Source: Anaerolineae bacterium (GTDB taxonomy: Bacteria; Chloroflexota; Anaerolineae; UBA1429). From it: a stretch of 64,000 bases of DNA. Location of the stretch: assembly GCA_963675785.1 (NCBI GenBank), contig OY776562.1, positions 832,001 through 896,000 of the forward strand. Reading direction: 5' to 3'. The position numbers and the translations under genes are program-made. The notes below the pieces were generated by a model. That model worked only from the letters and a program-made list of their open reading frames with translations, was not told the DNA's origin and made no database searches. Numbering within the stretch: the first letter of the stretch is position 1; every line of letters starts with the position of its first letter. Positions 18,738 to 26,294 of this stretch are shown piece by piece.

Positions 18738-19622
18738 ATGAAGTTTGGTATTTTTACTGTTAGCATGCCCGATTATGAGCCGGTCGACTGCCTGGCCAAG
18801 GCTGGTGAACTGGGTTATGACGGCGTAGAGTGGCGTGTGACCGTGGACAAGGGCGACAAGGCGCATCCGTCGTTCTGGTTTGGTAACCGTACGTCGATGA
18901 GCGCCGAAGAAGTCATCGCTCAGGCGGATGTGCTCAAGGCCAAGGCGGCCGAGGTGGGCGTAACGATGCCCTCATTGGCGACGTACATCGATTGCTTTGG
19001 GCTGAACTCTTGGTCTACCGAGGCTGTGGACGCCGAAAAGGGCCTGGATGTCGTGCGTCAGCATATGGAAGCGGCGGTGGCCGTGGGCGCCAAGAGCCTG
19101 CGCATCGGCTCGGGCAAGTACGAGCCTTCTGTGCCTTATCTGGAGCAGGTGGCCAAGGCCAACGCGCAGTACGCCAAGGTGGCTGAGATGGCCGCCGAGT
19201 ACGGCGTGCGCGCGCTGATTGAGACGCACATGGGCCTGCTAACGCCGACTGTCACCAAGACGCTGGCGGTGCTCAAAGGGCTCGACCCCAAGTACGTGGG
19301 CATTATGTGGGATCCAGGCAACCAGGTGCTGGAAGGCGCCGAGGTTGCAGAGATGGCCCTTTCAGAGGCTGGTGCGTATTTGGGTGAGGTGCATGCCAAG
19401 AACATGCAGTTTGAGCCCATTACCACCCAGCGCGGGCAGATCATTTGGCGTTCCAAGTGGTGCGGGCTGGAGGCTGGTATCGTCAATTGGCCGGCCGTTA
19501 TGGATGTACTCAAGGCGATTGGCTATGATGGTTGGGTGATGTTTGAGGATTTTTCGACGGCATTGCCGCTTGATGAGCGTCTGGCGTCCAACCTGGCCTG
19601 GTTCAAGAGCCTGGCTGAGTAA
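18738..19622 (+). CDS. Sugar phosphate isomerase/epimerase (xylose isomerase-like TIM barrel)
   Basis: GYDGVEW, IETH, WDPGN, VHAKN, GYDGW..FED metal ligands. Confidence 0.88.
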   Translation: MKFGIFTVSMPDYEPVDCLAKAGELGYDGVEWRVTVDKGDKAHPSFWFGNRTSMSAEEVIAQADVLKAKAAEVGVTMPSLATYIDCFGLNSWSTEAVDAEKGLDVVRQHMEAAVAVGAKSLRIGSGKYEPSVPYLEQVAKANAQYAKVAEMAAEYGVRALIETHMGLLTPTVTKTLAVLKGLDPKYVGIMWDPGNQVLEGAEVAEMALSEAGAYLGEVHAKNMQFEPITTQRGQIIWRSKWCGLEAGIVNWPAVMDVLKAIGYDGWVMFEDFSTALPLDERLASNLAWFKSLAE

Positions 19623-19673
19623 CGGGCTTTGCCCGGCTATCGGTTGCCATTGAAGCGCAAATTTGGTGATGTG

Positions 19674-19783
19674 TCTCCGAATCATTGTACCTAAAGCGTG
19701 AGCCAAGGTGCTTTGATCGCGCCCCTGGATGGGGCAAACGGTGTGGCTGGAAACGGCCACGCCCCCCGTGTTTGGAAAGGAGA
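19674..19783 (+). ncRNA. Molybdenum cofactor (Moco) riboswitch-like RNA
   Basis: Ordered hallmarks CTCCGA...CCTAA...GCCAAGG...GCCCC/GGGGC hairpin...GGT-GTGGCT-GGAAAC-GGCCAC-GCC-CCCCG...TGGAAAGGAG; TCTCC/GGAGA closes P1. Lies upstream of a molybdopterin-oxidoreductase-like gene. Confidence 0.85.
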
Positions 19784-19822
19784 GCGGCACATTTGTGCCG
19801 TGTATATCATCGGAGGCTTTGT

Positions 19823-20233
19823 ATGGCAAGAAAAGTATCTACCCTGTCCCTTGTGATGTTGTGTCTGGTTGTGGTGCTGGCGGGCTGCGGCAGTGACGAG
19901 GTTGAAAAGACCGGCACTGTGCTGACCATCAATGGCACGGAATACTACCAGAGTGAAATCGAAGCGATGGACCAGGTGACAATTACTGCAACTCATCCCA
20001 AATCGGGCGAGGTCGCTGACTATACGGGCGTGAGCCTGTTGAACCTACTCGACGACGCCGGGCTTGCAGCGGATACCATCACCGCGGTGGCATCGGATGG
20101 CTATGAGGTAGAGATTGTGATGGCAGATATCCCTGACACGGCGTTGTTGGTGATCGAGGATGGCACCTACCGTCTGATCATGCCTGATATGTCTAGTTCG
20201 GCCTGGGCTAAAGAGGTCGTCGAGATTCGTTAG
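19823..20233 (+). CDS. Lipoprotein with molybdopterin-oxidoreductase (SUOX-fold)-like domain, copy 1
   Basis: LAGC lipobox; YTGVSL..LL..AG, ASDGY, RLIMP...WAK.V..I motifs; GGAGG RBS before ATG 19823 (an in-frame TTG at 19793 is also possible). Confidence 0.8.
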   Translation: MARKVSTLSLVMLCLVVVLAGCGSDEVEKTGTVLTINGTEYYQSEIEAMDQVTITATHPKSGEVADYTGVSLLNLLDDAGLAADTITAVASDGYEVEIVMADIPDTALLVIEDGTYRLIMPDMSSSAWAKEVVEIR

Positions 20234-20405
20234 TGAATTTGCAGTGGCAACCGAAGAGCAAATGCATACCGGGGAGCCTGGCTCCCCGGCTTGCTATTTG
20301 TGGGCAAGTGACTAGGATGCACTGTAAAACAGCGTGAAAGAGTTCAAGCTTCTGGCTGTTGCGGGTTTGCGGCGTGTTGCATCGTTTCTGTTGGCGGAGG
20401 TTTGC

Positions 20406-20888
20406 ATGGCGAGAAAAGCGGCTGCTCTGTCTTTTGTGATTTTGGGCCTGATGGTGATGCTGGCGGGTTGTGGTGGTGACGCGGTTGAAAAGACGGGTTC
20501 TGTGTTGACCGTTAATGGCCGCGGATTCTATGAGAGCGAGCTCGAAGCGATGGAGCAGGTGACGGTGACGGCGACACACCCCAGATCGGGGGAGACGGCC
20601 GAGTATATGGGCGTGAGCTTGTTGGCACTGCTGGACGATGCCGATTTTGTAGGGGACACCATCACGGTGGTGGCGGCGGATGGCTATGAGACGGAGATCG
20701 TAGTGGCGGAGATTCCGGATACGGCGCTGGTGGTGATTGAGAAGGGGGACTATAGCGTGCTGGGCTATACGCCAGAGCCGGACAAGCCGGCAAGTGTGGT
20801 GGTAGGCGTTGAAGAGGACACGTTCCGCTTGATTATGCCGGATATGGGCAGTTCGGCCTGGGTGAAAGACGTGTTCGAGATTCGCTAA
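20406..20888 (+). CDS. Lipoprotein with molybdopterin-oxidoreductase-like domain, copy 2 (tandem paralogue)
   Basis: LAGC lipobox; colinear with copy 1 plus a 24-aa insertion; GGAGG RBS. Confidence 0.8.
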   Translation: MARKAAALSFVILGLMVMLAGCGGDAVEKTGSVLTVNGRGFYESELEAMEQVTVTATHPRSGETAEYMGVSLLALLDDADFVGDTITVVAADGYETEIVVAEIPDTALVVIEKGDYSVLGYTPEPDKPASVVVGVEEDTFRLIMPDMGSSAWVKDVFEIR

Positions 20889-20986
20889 GGCGCGAATAGG
20901 GCACAGAGGCTGGGGGGCTTGGCTCCCCAGCTTGCCATTTGGCGGTAAAGCGATTAGGATGCGCCGCAGCAGGACTGGAGGGTTTG

Positions 20987-22294
20987 ATGAGCAGGGAGCC
21001 GCTGACGGCGATTGTGGTAGGAGCGGGACATCGGGCGCAGTTGTATGCATCTTATGCGCAAGAGCACCCGGAGGAGTTGCGCATTGTGGGCGTGGCCGAT
21101 CCCTCGGATTTGCGGCGCGAGCTGATGCAGCAGACCTATGGGTTTGATGCGGTGCATTGTTGGGAATCGGCGGGGGAGCTGGCGCAACTAGAGCAACAGG
21201 CCGATGTGATCATCAATGGCACAATGGACGATCAGCATGTGCCGACGACGGTTCCGCTGCTGAAACGGGGCTATGATGTGCTGCTGGAAAAGCCCTTTGC
21301 CACCGGAGAAGAAGAGATGTGGGAACTGGTGGAGACGGCAGAGGCGCATGATTCTCATGTGGTGATTTGCCATGTGCTGCGCTATGCGCCCTTTTATGCG
21401 GCGGTTCGGCAGCATGTGGCGGCGGGCGAGATTGGTGAGCTGCTGAACGTGCAGACGACGGAGCATGTATCGTATCACCACATGGCGGTGGCCTTTGTGC
21501 GGGGCAAGTGGGCCCGCAGGGATTGCGGCTCTCCCATGTTGATGGCCAAGTGCTGCCACGACCTGGACTTGATGGTTTGGATGAAGAGCGGCATTGCGCC
21601 GGCGTATGTGAGTAGTTTTGGCGCCTTGAGCTATTTCCGCCCGGAAAAGGCACCGCAGGGCGCTGGCGAGCGCTGCCTGGTGGATTGCCCCATTGAGGCG
21701 GATTGCCCCTATTCGGCGCGCAAACATTATCTCGATCACCCCGAGCGCTGGGCCTTTTACGTTTGGGCCGGGCTGGAGGGAATCGAGAACCCCACCGACG
21801 CCGACAGATTGGCGCACTTGCGCACCAGCCCTTTTGGGCGCTGTGTGTGGCATTCGGATAACGACGTGGTGGATCACCAGTCGGTGATGGTAGAGTTCAG
21901 TGACGGGGCCACGGCCACGCATAACATGATCGGCGGGGCGTCGCGGCCTTCACGTTCCATCCATTTGCTGGGCACAGAGGGCGAGATTCAGGGCTGCTTT
22001 GAGGAGCAATCGTTTGTGATTCGGCATCCCGACCCACGACCGGGCCATGAATACAGTGAGCGCAAAGTGGATTTGAGCGTGGGCGGCGATATGCACGGCG
22101 CCTTTGGCGGACATGGCGGCGGCGATATGCGCCTGGTGGGCGATTTTCTGAGGGTAGTACGCGGCAAAGAACCGTCACTATCGACAACGACACTGACGGA
22201 TTCGGTTGCAGGGCATTTGGTTGGTTTTCGAGCCGATGTGGCGATGAGAGAGAGGCGTGTGGTGAGCCTCGAGCGAGGGAAAGAACGTGTTTAG
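20987..22294 (+). CDS. Gfo/Idh/MocA family oxidoreductase
   Basis: VGAGHR, LLEKPF, CHVLRY, FVRGKW, KCCHDLD, GHGGGD. Confidence 0.92.
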   Translation: MSREPLTAIVVGAGHRAQLYASYAQEHPEELRIVGVADPSDLRRELMQQTYGFDAVHCWESAGELAQLEQQADVIINGTMDDQHVPTTVPLLKRGYDVLLEKPFATGEEEMWELVETAEAHDSHVVICHVLRYAPFYAAVRQHVAAGEIGELLNVQTTEHVSYHHMAVAFVRGKWARRDCGSPMLMAKCCHDLDLMVWMKSGIAPAYVSSFGALSYFRPEKAPQGAGERCLVDCPIEADCPYSARKHYLDHPERWAFYVWAGLEGIENPTDADRLAHLRTSPFGRCVWHSDNDVVDHQSVMVEFSDGATATHNMIGGASRPSRSIHLLGTEGEIQGCFEEQSFVIRHPDPRPGHEYSERKVDLSVGGDMHGAFGGHGGGDMRLVGDFLRVVRGKEPSLSTTTLTDSVAGHLVGFRADVAMRERRVVSLERGKERV

Positions 22295-23261
22295 GGGAAT
22301 TGTAATCAATGCGGATCAAGAAGTGGTGGATGGTTCGCCAGAAAAGCTCAAGCAGCTCTTGCAGGGATGGGAGCCGCTTGGTTTTGATGCGGTCGAGCTT
22401 TCGACGGGGTGTTTCAACATCATTCGCAACGGCCGCGTGGACCAGCGGGAGTTGGACGAGGCCAAGCAGTTGCTGACACCCTATCCCTTTAGCTGGACAA
22501 TGCACGGGCCCTGCGGATTATCGCTCATTCGGGAGCCCAAGCAGGCGGAAAAGGTGATGAAGGCTTGCCTGCAGGTGACGGCAGAGCTGGGCGCCGAGGT
22601 ATTTGTCTATCACAGCGCGCAGATTGCTTTGCATGAGGTACACAAGGGTTTGGAACCGCTGCCCGATGATGCGGCTCTGGCAACTATGTGGGAACAAGAG
22701 ACAGAAGCGCTACGGACCATTGCTCCCTTTGCCGAGAGCCTGGGCGTGACGGTTGTGGTGGAGAATCGCGATCCCCATCAGTGGGAGTTTGCTACCATCA
22801 AGGCGGCTGGCGGAAATCCGGCAGAGATCACCAAGTACCATCAGGGAATGCGGCTCGATCTATTGACCCAGCAGTTGGATGCGGTGAATTCGCCCAATGT
22901 GGGCATGTGCCTGGATGTGGGCCACGCTTTTTTGGCGGCGCCGTATTGGGATGTGAGCTTTGAAGAGGGTGTTCGCGCGGCGGCACCTTTTGTGCGCCAT
23001 CTGCACCTACATGATAACTTTGGGCGTTTGGATGACCGTGTGGACAGCCTGGCTGACCGACTGATATTTGGCGAGGCCGATAACCACATGCCGCCCGGTT
23101 GGGGAGCTATTCCGCTGGTGCAGGTATTGAAAGATTTTTATGAGGTCGATTACAAAGGCTGGATTCTGGCCGAGGTTCGGCCTCGGTATCGCCGCTATGA
23201 TCATAGAACGCTTCAGAATTTGCGTACGATCATTGCAGCGGCGACTGCCGAAAGAATGTAA
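22287..23261 (+). CDS. Sugar phosphate isomerase/epimerase (TIM barrel)
   Basis: VVENR, CLDVGHA, HLHLHDNFG, HMPPGWG.IP. Confidence 0.88.
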   Translation: MFRGIVINADQEVVDGSPEKLKQLLQGWEPLGFDAVELSTGCFNIIRNGRVDQRELDEAKQLLTPYPFSWTMHGPCGLSLIREPKQAEKVMKACLQVTAELGAEVFVYHSAQIALHEVHKGLEPLPDDAALATMWEQETEALRTIAPFAESLGVTVVVENRDPHQWEFATIKAAGGNPAEITKYHQGMRLDLLTQQLDAVNSPNVGMCLDVGHAFLAAPYWDVSFEEGVRAAAPFVRHLHLHDNFGRLDDRVDSLADRLIFGEADNHMPPGWGAIPLVQVLKDFYEVDYKGWILAEVRPRYRRYDHRTLQNLRTIIAAATAERM

Positions 23262-23272
23262 AGAAAGTGGAA

Positions 23273-23308
23273 CAAATGAGAGAGACAGCACACTGTCTCT
23301 CTCATTTG
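23273..23308. terminator. Hairpin between convergent genes (probable bidirectional terminator)
   Basis: Perfect 16-bp stem CAAATGAGAGAGACAG-CACA-CTGTCTCTCTCATTTG. Confidence 0.75.
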
Positions 23309-23311
23309 CTC

Positions 23312-24406
23312 CTATACGTCGTAACGATCGAGCACAAAGATGGTCGCACTCAAACCGAGGAGGGTCATGGATTGTTCTCGCTGGATGTACAGGCCGGGCA
23401 CATCCTTGATGACCTGACGGAACAGTTTGAAGGCGGCGGTGAGCAGTACAGCTCGCCCGCCCGGACGCAGCACGCGTGAAAACTCGTTGAGCGCTTGCGT
23501 GTATAGTGCTTCGAGATCGGTGCCGGCCGCTACCTTGCGCCCAAAGGGCAAGTTGGTGACGATGCGGTCTGCGCTGGCGGTTTCCAGGGGCAGTTGGCGA
23601 GCATCCCACAGCAGGATCTCGCGCGGCTTGTGCTTGCGGCCGATGTTTTCGCGGGTAGCGCTGATCGATTCGGGCGACGAATCCCCAGCGATGAGTAGCG
23701 TGTGGCGCTCTATGAGAGCGCGTTCCAAGATGATGGTGCCAGCGCCGCACATGGGATCGACGAAAACATCATCCGGCTTGGGTTGGGAGAGAAAAACCAT
23801 GGCCGCTGCCACCGAAGGACGTAACGAGGCCTCGATTTGCTGCTGCTTGTAATCGCGCTGGCGCATACTGGCATCTGACAAACGGATACCCAGCAAAAAG
23901 TCCATGCCGATCAAGTTGGCCCACACTTCAACGCGGCCGCCATCTTCTACGGATTGCCAGCTCTTGCCCAGGTTACGCTTGAGGGCTTTATCCAGTGAGC
24001 GCTGCATGTCTACACGTCGGTAAGGCTGGTTTTTGCCCGCGATGCGTACGATGATGCGAAAGGTTTTGAAGGTATCTTTGCGGTCTTTGCGCTGTTCACC
24101 TATCTGGTTCATCACTTGCTTGTAGGTTTTGTCCATCAACACTTGTTTGAAGATTTGATCAAGACCTTCATAACCCCAGGCTACGTGGGGGATTCGGTTG
24201 ATGATTAAAAAGACATCCTCCACAGTACGCAATTCAAGCAGAGGCTCTACGGGGCCGGCATAGTTGAACAACACAAGCCCGTTTTTGCCCGGAATGGTTT
24301 TGTAGGTTTCTAGCTCGGCGTCTGGCGCAAGGCGGTGTATCTCTTGCCAGGCGATGCGCTCCAGGCCGGGCATGGTATGCGCGCTATATAGTTTCGTCTG
24401 TTTCAT
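23312..24406 (-). CDS. THUMP-type class I RNA methyltransferase (UPF0020/TrmN-like)
   Basis: T.PGLE..A..E start, ASLRPSVAAAM, DPMCGAGTI..E, TNLPFG amino-methyltransferase motif. Confidence 0.85.
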   Translation of the reverse strand: MKQTKLYSAHTMPGLERIAWQEIHRLAPDAELETYKTIPGKNGLVLFNYAGPVEPLLELRTVEDVFLIINRIPHVAWGYEGLDQIFKQVLMDKTYKQVMNQIGEQRKDRKDTFKTFRIIVRIAGKNQPYRRVDMQRSLDKALKRNLGKSWQSVEDGGRVEVWANLIGMDFLLGIRLSDASMRQRDYKQQQIEASLRPSVAAAMVFLSQPKPDDVFVDPMCGAGTIILERALIERHTLLIAGDSSPESISATRENIGRKHKPREILLWDARQLPLETASADRIVTNLPFGRKVAAGTDLEALYTQALNEFSRVLRPGGRAVLLTAAFKLFRQVIKDVPGLYIQREQSMTLLGLSATIFVLDRYDV

Positions 24407-24421
24407 ATTATCCCCTCGGGC

Positions 24422-25213
24422 TTAGCCGCCCTGTATCACCATGCGTTTCAGGCCGTGTTTCAATATCAATTGGCTGATGAATGCAATTGCCAGCGTCCAG
24501 ATGAGCTGCTGCCCCAGTAGTGCGAACACCTCAGAGGCAGCCAGGTCCCCAATCCAGAGCCGAAAAGGCACATCGGCAATGCCCCGGAAGGGCAAAAAGT
24601 TGAGGATACCCTGGGCCCAATCGGGCATTAGCGGCAGCGGTACAAGGCTGCCGGAAAACAAGGCTACGCTGCCCAGCAGCAGCATGGATATGCCATTGCC
24701 CGAAATCGTCCAGACGCTGACAGTCGAAGCCAGTGTGGTTAGTGCGGCCGAGAGCAGGGCGGCACCGACAATGGAGAGCATAAAGGCACCGAACGCCGCC
24801 CACGAAACTGGCAGTTCCAGGCCAAAGAATGGAATCGTAATGAGGAACATGGGCAGGGCTCGCAATAGCGTGGGGGCTGTGCGCAAGGCCAACCCTCGGG
24901 CGAACCAGCTCCAATAGACGCTGACGGGCCGAAGCATCTGATAGACGACATCGCCGCTGCGTATGCTCTGCACCAGTTCGTTATCCAGGCGATAGGGCGT
25001 CAGGTGAAAGAGAGCCTGCCCCAACCACACATAGCTTACTGTTTGTTCAAAGGTCAAAGGCTGCGCGGCGGTGGTGGTGCGATAAAAGGCATCAAAGATC
25101 ATGATGCGGATAACACCCCAAAAGAACTGGGTGGCCAGGCCAGCCAGAGCCGCCTCCCGATATTGCAAGAGCATACGAAACTGGGCGCTGAATCGGGCAA
25201 GGTAGGGTCTCAT
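24422..25213 (-). CDS. ABC-2 type transporter permease (DUF990-like), first permease
   Basis: LQYR, YVWLGQ, IRSGDV.YQMLRP, FSG.LVPL, LPF and C-terminal VIQGG. Confidence 0.9.
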   Translation of the reverse strand: MRPYLARFSAQFRMLLQYREAALAGLATQFFWGVIRIMIFDAFYRTTTAAQPLTFEQTVSYVWLGQALFHLTPYRLDNELVQSIRSGDVVYQMLRPVSVYWSWFARGLALRTAPTLLRALPMFLITIPFFGLELPVSWAAFGAFMLSIVGAALLSAALTTLASTVSVWTISGNGISMLLLGSVALFSGSLVPLPLMPDWAQGILNFLPFRGIADVPFRLWIGDLAASEVFALLGQQLIWTLAIAFISQLILKHGLKRMVIQGG

Positions 25214-26193
25214 TGCCCTTCACCCTCGTAGAATCGCGCAATGATCTCTTCGATGGGTGGGTTTTCGACGTATAGATCACTTACGGCGTGTTCTGAGGTT
25301 ACACGGGCGATCATTTCAGCGGTGGGCACATGCGTCGGATCAAAAGCCAGGATGACCTGTCCGTCGTCCTGGCGCACCACGCGCAAGTCGGGATCAGCGA
25401 AAATCTCTTCCGAATGGGTCAGCGTTAATCTCAGATGGCGTTCTGAGGAGACCTGCTTGCGCAGACCATCTAGCTTGCCATCGAACAAGAGCTGCCCGTT
25501 GTTAATGAGCATGATTCGCCTGCAGAGCGCCTCAATATCATCCATGTCGTGTGTGGTGAGGATGACGGTTACGTTGCGGCGTTCGTTCAATTCGCGAATA
25601 AAATCACGCACGGCGAGCTTGGACACGGCATCTAGGCCGATGGTGGGCTCGTCCAGAAAAAGAATGCTCGGTTTGTGCAAAAGCGAAGCGGCCAGATCAC
25701 AGCGCATACGTTGACCCAGCGAGAGCTGCCGGACTGGCGTATCGAGAAGGCTTTGCAGCGAGAGCAGCTCGACTAATTCGTCGAGGCTGTCGCGATAAGT
25801 AGTCTCGGATACGCGATAGATCTCTTTGAGCAGTTGAAAGGACTCGACGACTGGCAGGTCCCACCAGAGCTGGGTACGCTGACCAAACACCACACCAATC
25901 CTGGAGACATGGCTCCTTCTGGATTCCCAGGGCACCAGATCATCGACAATGCAAGCGCCAGAAGTTGGCACGAGAATCCCCGAGAGGATCTTGATGGTGG
26001 TAGATTTGCCGGCGCCGTTGGGGCCAATATAGCCAACGAGCTCGCCGCGCTCGATGTCAAAAGAGAGGTTCCGCAAGGCCTGAATATCTTTGTATTCGCG
26101 CTTGAATACGCCGCGGACTGCTCCCCAGGCGCCCGAGTCGCGCTTGGCAATGCGGTAGGTTTTGCAGAGGTCAGAGACGTGAACAAAGGCCAT
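25210..26193 (-). CDS. ABC transporter ATP-binding protein (ABC-2 exporter)
   Basis: GPNGAGKST, FGQRTQLWWDLP, LSLGQRMR, LDEPTIGLD, TTH; start placed at ATG 26193. Confidence 0.93.
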   Translation of the reverse strand: MAFVHVSDLCKTYRIAKRDSGAWGAVRGVFKREYKDIQALRNLSFDIERGELVGYIGPNGAGKSTTIKILSGILVPTSGACIVDDLVPWESRRSHVSRIGVVFGQRTQLWWDLPVVESFQLLKEIYRVSETTYRDSLDELVELLSLQSLLDTPVRQLSLGQRMRCDLAASLLHKPSILFLDEPTIGLDAVSKLAVRDFIRELNERRNVTVILTTHDMDDIEALCRRIMLINNGQLLFDGKLDGLRKQVSSERHLRLTLTHSEEIFADPDLRVVRQDDGQVILAFDPTHVPTAEMIARVTSEHAVSDLYVENPPIEEIIARFYEGEGQ

Positions 26194-26294
26194 CGAGTTT
26201 CTCACAGGGTAAACGGTTGTTTGCAGGCTGTTGATATTACTCGATGAAGTCACAAGAGGCAAGCCCGCGCTAGAATCGCGCGGGCTTGATTTGA

